From an uncultured Methylomirabilota bacterium (lineage in GTDB: Bacteria > Methylomirabilota > Methylomirabilia > Methylomirabilales > 2-02-FULL-66-22): a DNA stretch of 64,000 nucleotides. The notes beneath the pieces were generated by a model. It saw nothing but the letters and a program-made list of their open reading frames with translations, searched no databases and was not told the DNA's origin. The position numbers and the translations under genes were made by a program. The stretch spans positions 5,248,001 to 5,312,000 of the forward strand of contig OY970067.1 of the NCBI GenBank assembly GCA_963705305.1. Direction: 5' to 3'. Below are positions 1-9,954 of the stretch, one piece after another (positions within the stretch are counted from its first letter, which is position 1; each line of letters begins with the position of its first letter).

Positions 1-1377
1 AAGAAGGTCGCACTGGCAGACTTCTTTGCCCGGGTGGTCGTCCAGCCCGATGGGCGGTTGAACCTGCAGGAAATCGTCTCGCCGTCGGAGCCGGTGGTTC
101 AGCCCAAGCCGGCACAGCCTGTATCACCCCCCAGCCAGGCTGCGAAGACGGCTGCTCCCCTTTCGGCGACGCCAAGCCCCGGGAGAGATATTCAGATCGA
201 AGAGGTCACGCTCCAGGGGGGGCGTATCCAGTTCCTGGATCGCACCCTCAAGCCGAACTACTCCGCGACCATGACCGAGATTGGCGGGCGGGTGACGGGA
301 CTCTCCTCCGCGGAGACCAGCCTGGCGGATGTCGACCTGCGAGGCAAGATGAACAACTCGGCCCCGCTGGAGATCACCGGCAAGGTGAATCCCCTCAAGG
401 AGGATCTGTTTGTGGACCTGCGGGCGCGTTTCACCGGGATGGACCTGAGCCCCACCTCGCCGTACTCCGGCAAGTATGCCGGCTACACCATCGAAAAGGG
501 CAAACTCTCCTTTGACCTGAAATATCTCATCGATAAAGGGAAACTCGACTCCGAGAACAAGATCTTCATCGACCAATTCACGTTCGGGGATAAGGTTGAC
601 AGCCCCACGGCTACCAGTCTCCCCGTCAAACTCGGGGTGGCGCTCCTCAAGGACCGGAACGGAGAAATCCATCTGGACATCCCGGTGTCCGGGAGCCTCA
701 ACGATCCCAAGTTCAGCATCTGGGGTGTCGTATGGCAGATCATTGGGAACCTGATCACCAAAGCCGTGACCTCCCCCTTCGCCCTGCTGGGGTCGGTGTT
801 CGGCGGCGGTGCGGATCTCCAGTACATGGAGTTCGACCCCGGCCGTGCCACGCTCTCCGCCGCCGACCTCAAGAAAATCGATGCGCTGGTTGGGGCCTTG
901 TCTTCCAAGCCCTCGCTGAAGCTCGAAATTGCAGGCTACGTGGACCCGGAAGCGGACCGGGAAGGCCTGAAGCAGTTCCTGCTGCAGCGGAAAGTGAAGG
1001 CCCAGAAGCTGAACGCGATGCTGAAACAGAGCGCTGCCGCGGTGCCTGTGGATGAAGTCACCGTGGCACCAGGGGAGTACGAACGATATCTCACCCTGGC
1101 CTATCGCGCCGAGAAGTTCCCCAAGCCCCGCAACTTCATCGGCATGCTGAAGAGCCTGCCCGTGCCGGAGATGGAGAAGCTCATCCTCACGCACATCGAG
1201 GCCGGGAATGAACAGCTTCGCCAGCTCGCGTCACAGCGCGCGAATGCCGTGAAGGAAGCAATCCTCCGGTCTGGAAAGGTCGACGCGGAGCGGCTGTTCA
1301 TCGTCGAGCCGAAGAGCTTGACCCCTGAGAAGAAGGACAAGGTCAAAGACAGCCGGGTTGAGTTCAAGATCGGATAG
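1..1377 (+). CDS. DUF748 domain protein with C-terminal OmpA-like region (5' truncated by window)
   Basis: ORF 34-1377, frame open towards the window start; family-typical segments SPYSGKYAGY, LALLKDRNGEIHLDIPVSGSLNDPKFS, ITKAVTSPFALLG, LASQRANAVK...RVEF. Confidence 0.85.
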   Translation, partial: KKVALADFFARVVVQPDGRLNLQEIVSPSEPVVQPKPAQPVSPPSQAAKTAAPLSATPSPGRDIQIEEVTLQGGRIQFLDRTLKPNYSATMTEIGGRVTGLSSAETSLADVDLRGKMNNSAPLEITGKVNPLKEDLFVDLRARFTGMDLSPTSPYSGKYAGYTIEKGKLSFDLKYLIDKGKLDSENKIFIDQFTFGDKVDSPTATSLPVKLGVALLKDRNGEIHLDIPVSGSLNDPKFSIWGVVWQIIGNLITKAVTSPFALLGSVFGGGADLQYMEFDPGRATLSAADLKKIDALVGALSSKPSLKLEIAGYVDPEADREGLKQFLLQRKVKAQKLNAMLKQSAAAVPVDEVTVAPGEYERYLTLAYRAEKFPKPRNFIGMLKSLPVPEMEKLILTHIEAGNEQLRQLASQRANAVKEAILRSGKVDAERLFIVEPKSLTPEKKDKVKDSRVEFKIG

Positions 1378-1470
1378 GAGGCAGATCGCGCAGCCTCTCC
1401 GCCTCAGGCAGGGTGCAGCAATGTGGGGCTGTAGAGAATTCATGGATTCCGTCGAATCAGGAGAGATCCC

Positions 1471-2751
1471 GTGATCCAGGCCGATCTGATCGTCGAGGGC
1501 GCAGCCGAGCTCCTGACCCTGCGGGGGACATCGACCCGCCCCCGACGCGGCGGAGAGATGCGCGAACTGGAGATCATCCGCCAGGGAGCCCTGGCCGCCC
1601 GCCGCGGCAAGATCGTGTGGGTGGGATCGGCCGCCGAGCTGCCGACCGCCGTGAAACCCGTGGCCTTCGCCAAGCTCATCGACGCGTACGGCAAGACGGT
1701 CATGCCGGGCCTGGTGGATCCGCACACGCACCTGGTCTTCGCCGGAAGCCGCGAGAACGAGTTCGTCATGCGCATCCAGGGCAAGAGCTATCAGCAGATC
1801 GCCGCGGCCGGGGGCGGGATCAACGCCACCGTGGCAGCCACGCGGCGCGCCGCCGAGTCGGAACTGCTGGCCCAGGCCCGCCGGACGCTGGATCGCATGC
1901 TGACCCTGGGGACAACAACCGTCGAGGCCAAGAGCGGCTACGGCCTCGATCTCGAAACCGAGATGAAGATGCTGGAGGTCATCCGGGCGCTGAACGAAGA
2001 GGGTCCCATGACGGTGGTTCCCACGTTCATGGGGGCCCACGAGGTTCCTCCGGAATTCCGGCAGGATCCCGCGGCCTATGTGGACCTGATCGTGAACACG
2101 ATGATTCCCGGGGTGGCCTCCCGCAAGCTGGCGCGCTTCTGCGATGTGTTCTGTGAGAGCGGCGTCTTCAGTCCGGAGCAGACCGAGCGCATCCTCCGGG
2201 CGGCCCAGGCCGCCGGCCTGGAGCCCCGCATCCACGCCGACGAGCTGACCGACCTGAACGGGGCCGCCCTGGCCGCCCGGGTGAAGGCCCGGACCGCCGA
2301 CCACTTGCTGTGCGCCAACGACGACGGGATTCGGCAGATGGCGGCTGCCGGGGTGATCGCCGTCCTGCTGCCCGGGACGGCCTACTTCCTCCACATGCAG
2401 CGGTACGCGCGGGCCCGGGACATGATCAATGCCGGTGTGCCCGTCGCCCTGGCCACCGATTGCAATCCCGGCTCCTGCATGACCGAGTCCTTGCCGCTCA
2501 TTTTGAATCTGGCCTGCACCCAGATGCGGATGTCGCCGGCCGAGGCCATCACGGCGGCCACCATCAATGCCGCCTGGGCCGTCGGCGAGGCGGACTGCGC
2601 CGGCAGCTTGGAGGTCGGCAAGCAGGCCGACCTGCTCGTGCTCGATGCCCCCAATCACGAGCACCTCTGCTACCACTTCGGCGTGAACCTGGTGGCCACC
2701 GTGGTGAAGAGCGGCCGGGTGGTGGCGGAGGGCGGTCAGCGGGTCCGCTGA
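1471..2751 (+). CDS. hutI: Imidazolonepropionase
   Basis: PGLVDPHTHLVFAGSR, GGGINATV, TTVEAKSGYGL, HADEL, ALATDCNPGS motifs. Confidence 0.93.
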   Translation: MIQADLIVEGAAELLTLRGTSTRPRRGGEMRELEIIRQGALAARRGKIVWVGSAAELPTAVKPVAFAKLIDAYGKTVMPGLVDPHTHLVFAGSRENEFVMRIQGKSYQQIAAAGGGINATVAATRRAAESELLAQARRTLDRMLTLGTTTVEAKSGYGLDLETEMKMLEVIRALNEEGPMTVVPTFMGAHEVPPEFRQDPAAYVDLIVNTMIPGVASRKLARFCDVFCESGVFSPEQTERILRAAQAAGLEPRIHADELTDLNGAALAARVKARTADHLLCANDDGIRQMAAAGVIAVLLPGTAYFLHMQRYARARDMINAGVPVALATDCNPGSCMTESLPLILNLACTQMRMSPAEAITAATINAAWAVGEADCAGSLEVGKQADLLVLDAPNHEHLCYHFGVNLVATVVKSGRVVAEGGQRVR

Positions 2752-2804
2752 CCAGAGAGGTTTGAGGTCGCTTCCCGGCCATTCGTCGGGTACCATAGGC
2801 CGCA

Positions 2805-4022
2805 ATGGCATTCATGCAGAACGCGGCTCCGTGGATCAAGCACACCGGCGCGATAGCCACCCTCGCCCTGCTGGCGGCCTGCCAATCCGGCCCGCTCCCG
2901 CCATCGGCGATGATCCCATCCGGCGCGGCGCCGGGGCCGGCACCCGCTCCGCCGTCCTCGGCTGCCTCCGACGCGGCGACTTTGACCATGGCGGTGGATC
3001 TCCACACGCTGCCCGACCTGGCGGCCATCATTCCACGCCTGGCCGAAAGCCGCGTCGTCTTCGTCGGCGAGCTCCACACCGACTATGCGGCCCACCTCAA
3101 TCAATTGGCGATCATCCGCGGCGTGCACGAGCGGCGTCCCGACCTGGCCATCGGCATGGAATACTTCCAGCAGCCCTTCCAGCGGTATCTCGACGACTAC
3201 GTTGCCGGCCGGATCACCGAGACCGAGCTGCTGGCCAAAACGGAGTACTTCACCCGGTGGGGATATGATTTCCGCCTGTACGAACCCATATTGGCCTATG
3301 CCAGGCAGCAGCATATTCCGCTGGTGGCGCTGAACGTTCCCTCGGAGATCGTCCGGAAAGTAGGTCGGTCCGGCTTCTCCGGATTGTCCGCGCAGGAGCG
3401 CGCCCAGGTTCCTCAGGACATGGACCGCTCCAGTGCCGCCTACCGCGACTACTTGCAATCGGTGTTCCGGGAGCATCCCGGCGCCACGGGCATGCCCTTC
3501 GACCACTTCTTTGATGCGCAGCTCCTCTGGGATGAGGGCATGGCGGCCTGCGCCGCCCGCTATCTTCACGAGCACCCGGGGCGGGCGATGGTGATCCTGG
3601 CGGGCAGCGGGCACGTGCAGTACGGTTTCGGCCTTCCGGATCGTCTCTCCCGCCGGCTCCCCGTCAGCCGCACCGTTGTCGTGGACGGGCTGAGCGCGGC
3701 CTTCGCAACCGACCTGGCGGATATCGTCCTGCTGCACAAGGAGATGGCTCTGCCGCCGGCGGGGACCCTCGGCGTGACGCTGGAGCCCGCCGAGGACGGG
3801 CTCCGGATTGCCTCCTTCGCCGAGAACAGCGCCGCTCGGGCCACGGGACTCCGGCCCGGCGACCGGATCCTGTCCCTGAACGGGCAGACGATGAAGGACC
3901 TGGCGGACGTGAAGCTCGTGATGTGGGACAAGCGGCCCGGCGACCGGGTGGTGGTGAGAGTCAGGCGGCACTCCTGGCTTCTTTCCGCACGGGAGATGTC
4001 CTTCGAGGTCACGCTGCGGTAG
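2805..4022 (+). CDS. ChaN-family (heme-uptake-like) lipoprotein with C-terminal PDZ domain
   Basis: Lipobox LLAAC; VFVGELH, IGMEYFQQPFQ, AQLLWDEGMA, AGSGHV; PDZ signature SAARATGLRPGDRILSLNG. Confidence 0.85.
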   Translation: MAFMQNAAPWIKHTGAIATLALLAACQSGPLPPSAMIPSGAAPGPAPAPPSSAASDAATLTMAVDLHTLPDLAAIIPRLAESRVVFVGELHTDYAAHLNQLAIIRGVHERRPDLAIGMEYFQQPFQRYLDDYVAGRITETELLAKTEYFTRWGYDFRLYEPILAYARQQHIPLVALNVPSEIVRKVGRSGFSGLSAQERAQVPQDMDRSSAAYRDYLQSVFREHPGATGMPFDHFFDAQLLWDEGMAACAARYLHEHPGRAMVILAGSGHVQYGFGLPDRLSRRLPVSRTVVVDGLSAAFATDLADIVLLHKEMALPPAGTLGVTLEPAEDGLRIASFAENSAARATGLRPGDRILSLNGQTMKDLADVKLVMWDKRPGDRVVVRVRRHSWLLSAREMSFEVTLR

Positions 4023-4265
4023 GGCCGCCCGGGCTGCCGCGGCCCTCCAGCGCGGATGCTCTCCGGCCGGCTTCCCTTCTTCCGCTCCCACCCCCCGCCC
4101 AGAGACGTTTAGCGACATGTGCCCGGGCGGTGAGAGCCGGTTTGGGCCTGCGCGGGGAGGCCGGAAAGGGTAAGGGAAAACGGGGAGGGAGCTGATGCGC
4201 GCGTCGGACGCCGGAAGATCCGCCAGGAATGGAGAGGCTCCGGGGCCGGCGCGGACGGTCTCTGA

Positions 4266-5240
4266 TCACCGGGCAGCCAGGGCCCGACTCCTTTTCTCCA
4301 GCAGTTCCTCCACCGCCTGCACGCTGTCCGGCGTGAGGGCCTTGTCTGCGGCAGCGGCGGTCTCCCGGATCTGGTCCGGACGGCGCGTGCCCACGATGGC
4401 TGCGGTCAGCTCCGGCCGGTGAAGCACCCAGGCCAGGGCCAGCTGCGCCAATGTCATATCCTGCTTTCGGGCCAGCCGCTCCAGGCCGCGGACCAGCTCC
4501 AGATTGATGCTGAGCTGCGGCTCCTTGAACATGGGGTCGTTCCGGCGGTGATCGTCCGGCGACAGGTCACGCATCCGATCCGCCGAGAATGCGCCGGTGA
4601 GCAGTCCCTTTTGCATGGGGCTGTACGCGATCACGCCGATCCGGTGCTTGGCGCAGTACGGAAGGACCTCCGATTCGATGTCTCGGCGCAGCATGCTGTA
4701 CGGCGGCTGGAGGGAGGCGATGGGATGGATGGGCCGCAACCGCTCCATCTGGGCCACCGTGATGTTGGAGACACCGAGGAACCTGACCTTCCCTTCCTTG
4801 ACGAGGCGGGCCATGGCATCCCACCCCTCCTCGATCTCCTCGTCAGGATCGGGCCAGTGCATCTGGTACAGGTCAATGACGTCGACACCCAGACGCCGCA
4901 GGCTGGCGTCGGCCTCCTCCCGCACGCTGGCCGCCCTCAGGCGCCCGTAGATGTTCCCGTTGTCGTTCCAGTGGCGGCCGCACTTGGTTGCAATGAGAGG
5001 TCTCCGCATGCACTTTCTCAAGGCCAGGCCGACCACCTCCTCGGAATGGCCATGGCCGTAAACCGGGGCAGTGTCGATCCAGTTGACCCCGAGTTCCACT
5101 GCCCGGGCCACGGCGTTCACGGAGTCCTGGTCGTTCTGTGGTCCCCAGCTGAACTTCCACCCGCCGCCGCCCACGGCCCAGGAGCCGAAGCCGATCACGC
5201 TGAGGTCCAGATCCGACCAGCCGAGTCTCTTGGTTCGCAT
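4266..5240 (-). CDS. Aldo/keto reductase
   Basis: IGFGSWAVGG, WIDTAPVYG, SLRRLGVDVIDLYQMHWPD, GKVRFLGVSN; start refined to ATG at 5240 (MRTKRLG). Confidence 0.92.
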   Translation of the reverse strand: MRTKRLGWSDLDLSVIGFGSWAVGGGGWKFSWGPQNDQDSVNAVARAVELGVNWIDTAPVYGHGHSEEVVGLALRKCMRRPLIATKCGRHWNDNGNIYGRLRAASVREEADASLRRLGVDVIDLYQMHWPDPDEEIEEGWDAMARLVKEGKVRFLGVSNITVAQMERLRPIHPIASLQPPYSMLRRDIESEVLPYCAKHRIGVIAYSPMQKGLLTGAFSADRMRDLSPDDHRRNDPMFKEPQLSINLELVRGLERLARKQDMTLAQLALAWVLHRPELTAAIVGTRRPDQIRETAAAADKALTPDSVQAVEELLEKRSRALAAR

Positions 5241-5654
5241 CTCCAGTTTCCCTCTCCTGCCTGGCCGCGGCGACCGCGAGTCATTCAATTCTCGGGGTAG
5301 GACGGCACTCTCCCCCCGTCAACCCGGGCTATTTACCTATCATTGCAATCGCCTGCCGACAAGGAAATTCCAGCAGCCGGCGCCCACGGATCTCGTGATG
5401 CGGAGGTCGGCCTCCGTCGCAGGCAGGGTGGCTCTCCCCGCCGCCCCCGGCGGCCCGGACGGTCACTCGCCGCGGCATCGCCAGGAGCGCCCAACGTCGT
5501 CGAGTCATTCGACCCTCATGACATTTCATCGTCAGGCGGCAACAGGAACCCCCCCGGGCGGGGCTTCATGGTCTACAATACCCCGTCGAAGCTGACGCCC
5601 GCCCCCGCATGGTGCGAGGCGGACGCCCCACGGAACCCACGTCAAGGAGCCAGC

Positions 5655-6065
5655 ATGGTCAAGATAGACGTCCTGTATCACGGCGGGCTGCGCTGCGAAG
5701 CGGTGCACGGCCCCAGCGGCGAGAAGCTCGTGACCGATGCCCCTGTGGACAATCATGGGAAAGGCGAATCGTTCTCTCCTACCGATCTGGTGGCCACCGC
5801 GCTCGGGACCTGCATCTCCACCGTCATGGGGATCGTGGCCGAACGGGACGGCATCGACCTCCGCGGGATGCGGATCTCCGTGGAGAAGCACATGGCCGCC
5901 GCGCCGGCCCGCCGAATCGCCAAGCTGCTTGTTCGGGTGGAGATGCCGGGCCGACTCACGGAAGCTCAGCGGGCCAAGCTGGAGCGGACCGCCCACACCT
6001 GCCCGGTCCACCAGACCCTGCACGGAAATGTGGAGATGCCGATCGAGTTCGTGTATCCAACCTAG
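5655..6065 (+). CDS. OsmC/Ohr family protein
   Basis: TDAPVDNHGKGESFSPTDLVATALGTC...CPVH two-Cys signature; AAGGAG RBS before ATG 5655. Confidence 0.9.
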   Translation: MVKIDVLYHGGLRCEAVHGPSGEKLVTDAPVDNHGKGESFSPTDLVATALGTCISTVMGIVAERDGIDLRGMRISVEKHMAAAPARRIAKLLVRVEMPGRLTEAQRAKLERTAHTCPVHQTLHGNVEMPIEFVYPT

Positions 6066-6203
6066 GCGAAAAGGAGTAAGGGTCGTCAGGCTGGGCGGTG
6101 GGCGGCTTCGGCGGCCCCGGGGGCGGGACGCGCGAGACAACCCCTCCGAGAGCGCCGAGAGCGGTGGCCCCACCCGGAAGAGCCGGCCGCGCTCGTCCGA
6201 ACA

Positions 6204-6887
6204 TCAATCCTGTTCGTTTCCAGACGAATGCGGGAAGACCCCGACCGGCCGCGCCCCTGCCACCCGCTTTTCCAATGCCTCCACCCGTGCGGCCAGGGCC
6301 ACCAGCTTGGCCGCCACCACGTCGGGGAGCTGGGAGTGCTCCAGGTCCGGAACATCCTTCTCGCCGTGGGGGCGGCTGCGCTTGACGATCTGGCCGGGGA
6401 CGCCGACCACGACCGAGTTGGGCGGCACCGATTTGACCACCACCGCATTGGCCCCGATCCGGCTGTCCGCTCCCACCGTGAAGGCTCCCAGGATCTTGGC
6501 CCCGGCCCCCACCACCACGCGATCCTCCAGGGTCGGGTGCCGCTTGCCCTTGGCCAGGCTCGTCCCACCCAACGTCACGCCGTGGTAGAGCGTCACGTCC
6601 GCCCCGATCTCGGCCGTCTCCCCGATCACCACCCCCATCCCGTGGTCGATGAAGAATCGGGGGCCGATCGTCGCGCCTGGGTGAATCTCGATCCCGGTCA
6701 GCGCGCGCGCGGCGTGAGACACCCAGCGGGCCAGGAGCTTCAGCCGGTGCGTCCAGAGCCAGTGCGCCAGCCGGTGCCCCCAGACGGCATGCAGACCGGG
6801 ATAGCAGAGCAGGACTTCCAGCGTGCTCCGCGCCGCCGGATCCCGCGCGAAGACGGATCGGATGTCCTCCCGGATCGTTCGAAGCAT
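6204..6887 (-). CDS. cysE: Serine O-acetyltransferase
   Basis: [40 protein letters not shown] hexapeptide region. Confidence 0.96.
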   Translation of the reverse strand: MLRTIREDIRSVFARDPAARSTLEVLLCYPGLHAVWGHRLAHWLWTHRLKLLARWVSHAARALTGIEIHPGATIGPRFFIDHGMGVVIGETAEIGADVTLYHGVTLGGTSLAKGKRHPTLEDRVVVGAGAKILGAFTVGADSRIGANAVVVKSVPPNSVVVGVPGQIVKRSRPHGEKDVPDLEHSQLPDVVAAKLVALAARVEALEKRVAGARPVGVFPHSSGNEQD

Positions 6888-6906
6888 CGCGTGTCTCTCC
6901 CTCGGG

Positions 6907-7839
6907 TCAATCGGCCAGATCCGCGAAGAGCGGCGTGCTCAGATACCGCTCCCCGAACGACGGGACGATCACGACGATCAGCTTCCCGGTGTTGTCCCGG
7001 CGCCGCGCCACCTCGCGGGCGGCCCAGATCGCGGCCCCGGAGGAGATCCCCACCAGGATCCCTTCCTCGCGGGCCGCGCGTCGGGCGGTGGCAAAGGCGT
7101 CGTCGTTCTTCACGCGGATGACCTCGTCGTAGATATCCGTGTTGAGCACCTCCGGAATGAAGCCCGCCCCGATCCCCTGGATGGGGTGCGGGCCCTTCTG
7201 CCCGCCGGACAGCACGGGAGAGGCGTCCGGCTCCACCGCCACGCATGCGAAGGAGGGCTTCCGGGCCTTGAGCACCTCGCCCACACCGGTGATCGTCCCC
7301 CCCGTGCCGATCCCCGCCACCAGGATGTCGGCCTTTCCCTCCGTGTCCCGCCAGATCTCCTCGGCGGTCGTGCGCCGGTGGATCTCGGGGTTGGCGGGGT
7401 TCTTGAACTGCTGCGGAATGAAATAGCGGGGATCTGAGGCGGCCATCTCCTCCGCCTTCTTGATGGCCCCGGCCATGCCGTCGCTGCCGGGCGTCAGGAT
7501 GAGTTCCGCCCCGTATGCGCGCAGCAGCACACGCCGCTCCTTGCTCATCGTCTCCGGCATGGTCAGGGCGCACTTGTACCCGCGGGCCGCACAGACAAAC
7601 GCCAAGGCGATTCCGGTGTTGCCGCTGGTCGGCTCTAGGACGATCGTGTCGGGCTTGATGAGCCCGGCCCGCTCCGCCGCGTCGATCATGGCCACCCCGA
7701 TGCGGTCCTTCACGCTGTGGGCGGGGTTGAAGAACTCCAGCTTGGCCACCACGTCCGCCGCGCACCCTGCGGTGATCCGTCGCAGCCGCACCAGGGGGGT
7801 ATTGCCGATCAGGTCTGTGACGTCGTTCGCGATTTTCAT
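6907..7839 (-). CDS. cysK: Cysteine synthase A
   Basis: IGNTPLV, SVKDRIG (PLP lysine), [35 protein letters not shown]; start at ATG 7839. Confidence 0.96.
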   Translation of the reverse strand: MKIANDVTDLIGNTPLVRLRRITAGCAADVVAKLEFFNPAHSVKDRIGVAMIDAAERAGLIKPDTIVLEPTSGNTGIALAFVCAARGYKCALTMPETMSKERRVLLRAYGAELILTPGSDGMAGAIKKAEEMAASDPRYFIPQQFKNPANPEIHRRTTAEEIWRDTEGKADILVAGIGTGGTITGVGEVLKARKPSFACVAVEPDASPVLSGGQKGPHPIQGIGAGFIPEVLNTDIYDEVIRVKNDDAFATARRAAREEGILVGISSGAAIWAAREVARRRDNTGKLIVVIVPSFGERYLSTPLFADLAD

Positions 7840-7997
7840 GGAATATCCTCCGCGCCGGTGCCGAGGCACCTAGCCTGCTACGCCATTCGACCGGAATGCA
7901 TTGACTCCCGTGGGTACCCTGCGGTCCGCATCTTGTCTGTTGCGGGCCAGGCGGACCCTTGGGACGCGCCACGGAGGCCAGGCGACTTCTTTATGTG

Positions 7998-8030
7998 AAT
8001 GGACAAATCCCGATTGGGATACTGTCCATT
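7998..8030. promoter_or_regulatory. Imperfect palindrome upstream of cysK-cysE, candidate operator
   Basis: AATGGACA-AATCCCGATTGGGATAC-TGTCCATT: outer 8-bp and inner ATCCC/GGGAT inverted repeats in an AT-rich intergenic region. Confidence 0.4.
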
Positions 8031-8236
8031 TATCGCCAAAAAAACTGCCCTTCGTTTCGCAAAGATCTTATCGAGACCTTCTCGACATTTACACACGCAG
8101 CAAGCACTCCCACAGGTGTAGCTCTTCCTTTGCAAGCGTACATTGCCAATGAGAAATGGGCAACCATCAATTGAAAGAAGGTGGTTTTTGACTTGAATCA
8201 TATCACACCGGAACCGAGCGAAGGCTCCGACGAGGA

Positions 8237-9652
8237 TTATCCCCTCCCGGCAGAGGCGGCGGCAGTCGTGAAGAGCTTGCGCTCTTTGATCAGCCGGACC
8301 GCTTCGGCCGGCACCAGAGGCTCCCAGGCCGGATCGCCGGCCTGTATCTGAGTCAAGACATCGCGAGGCCGCACGTGCAAGTGCTCCTCGGGAACGTTCT
8401 GGATCGGCTCGATCAGATGGTTGTCGAGAAGGTGGGAATACAGGTGACGCAACGAAGGCGCCACGTTCAGGTTCCAGACCGTCAGCGTGCTCCCCTCCGG
8501 ATTCCTGAACGGATAGACGTAGAGCGTGACGCGCGATGTGAAGAGGCGGCCGAATGCCTCCAGGACCCCGCCGGCGAGGTCGGAGTAGTATTCCGGCTCG
8601 AACAGCTCCTGCAAATTCGGAACGCCCATGGCGAATGCGATGGGCTGCGAGGTATAGCGGCGGAAATACTCGGCAGTCTGATAGTGGGCGGTGAAGTTCG
8701 AGATCATGACGCTTTTGCCCAGCGATCCCAGGATATCCGTCCGCGCCAGAAAATCGCCATGATCGATCGGTCCATCCGAGAGCAGGTTGCGCTGGGACAT
8801 CTCCGCGAGAACCACCGGGGCCTCGCCGCCTTCCCCCAGCTCCGCCAGGAATTGGGCTGTCGATCGGTCCAGAATGTCCAGGGTCAGGCGGGTGATCGGC
8901 CGAAAGCTGCCCCGCTCGATCAGCACCGGCTTCTTGTGGAGCACCTCGGCCGGCTGGACGACCTCCCCCCCGGCGGTGAACATGGCGGCGTCGGTAAAAT
9001 CCTGCTCGACGAGCTGCAGGCTCATGATGCGGTTGTCGATCTCGGCGAACAGCGGGCCGGAGAACTTGATCATATCGATCTCGACTCGCTCGCGGGTCAG
9101 ATTGTCCATGAGCGACCGGATCAATTCGACCGGCTCCTCGTGATGGTAGAGGATGCCATACAAGAGATTGACGCCCAGCACCCCGAGCGCTTCCTGCTCG
9201 CGGACATTTTCCAGGTCCAGTATGCGAGCGTGGATGATGATCTCGGAGGGCTCGGTCTGCGGGCGGGGCTGGAACCGGATGCCCATCCAGCCGTGGCCGT
9301 CCTCGCGGCGGGCATAACTGCGCGCCGCCACGGTATCCGCAAAGACGAAGAAGCGGGTCGTCGCGCCGCGCTTCTCGCTGAGCCGCTCGAGGAGGAGCGC
9401 GTACTCGTAATCCAGCATGACCCCCAGTCGCTGCCGGCTCACATACCTGTCGCTGGGGCCGTAGATGGCGTCGCTGACCGCCATGTCATAGGCAGAGATG
9501 GTCTTGGCCACGGTCGCCGCGGCCCCACCGACGTGAAAAAACCAGCGGGCCACTTCCTGCCCGGCGCCGATCTCCGCAAATGTTCCGTGAACCCCCGAGT
9601 CGAGATTGATCCGGCGCGCCTTGTAGTACGTGCTCGGAGTATTGATGTCCAC
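8237..9652 (-). CDS. Conserved protein of the GTFAEIGAGQEVARWFF family (CinA-like N-terminus, degenerate nucleotidyltransferase-like C-terminus)
   Basis: GTFAEIGAGQEVARWFF, AKTISAYDM, ERGSFRPIT; NadD-like C-terminal end; GTG start at 9652 with GGAGG upstream. Confidence 0.7.
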   Translation of the reverse strand: MDINTPSTYYKARRINLDSGVHGTFAEIGAGQEVARWFFHVGGAAATVAKTISAYDMAVSDAIYGPSDRYVSRQRLGVMLDYEYALLLERLSEKRGATTRFFVFADTVAARSYARREDGHGWMGIRFQPRPQTEPSEIIIHARILDLENVREQEALGVLGVNLLYGILYHHEEPVELIRSLMDNLTRERVEIDMIKFSGPLFAEIDNRIMSLQLVEQDFTDAAMFTAGGEVVQPAEVLHKKPVLIERGSFRPITRLTLDILDRSTAQFLAELGEGGEAPVVLAEMSQRNLLSDGPIDHGDFLARTDILGSLGKSVMISNFTAHYQTAEYFRRYTSQPIAFAMGVPNLQELFEPEYYSDLAGGVLEAFGRLFTSRVTLYVYPFRNPEGSTLTVWNLNVAPSLRHLYSHLLDNHLIEPIQNVPEEHLHVRPRDVLTQIQAGDPAWEPLVPAEAVRLIKERKLFTTAAASAGRG

Positions 9653-9706
9653 GGCCGGCTTGCCTCCGCGCGGGGGAGACCGGGCTCGCCGCATGCGGCG
9701 TGCCGC

Positions 9707-9921
9707 TCATTTCAGCGTCTTCAAGTACGCGAGCAGATCGTTCAGGTCCTGCGCCGACATCTGCCAGCGGGGCATGGTCCAGTCCAGAGACTCCCCGGCC
9801 GGGTCCACCCCCTGGGTGATGGCCCGCTTGATGGTGGCGTCGGTGGAGGCAGGACGATCCATATGCGCCTCCACCGTGGTCAGCGCTTTATACCGGATGC
9901 CGGGGGGACCACCGTCCCCAT
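9707..9921 (-). pseudogene. Cytochrome c C-terminal remnant, frameshifted and lacking CxxCH
   Basis: MGTVVPP/[frameshift]/IRYKALT...DATIKRAITQGVDPAGESLDWTMPRWQMSAQDLNDLLAYLKTLK*. Confidence 0.65.
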
Positions 9922-9954
9922 GTTGGAGCAGAACTGCTGCGGCGCGTTCCCCTC

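Noticed and set aside
7878..8201. Cys-rich 107-aa ORF (CGSACCVCKC) upstream of cysK, as a possible leader peptide or metallothionein
   Set aside because: AT-rich with atypical codon usage, no clear RBS and no recognisable family; more simply a promoter region, though not excluded.
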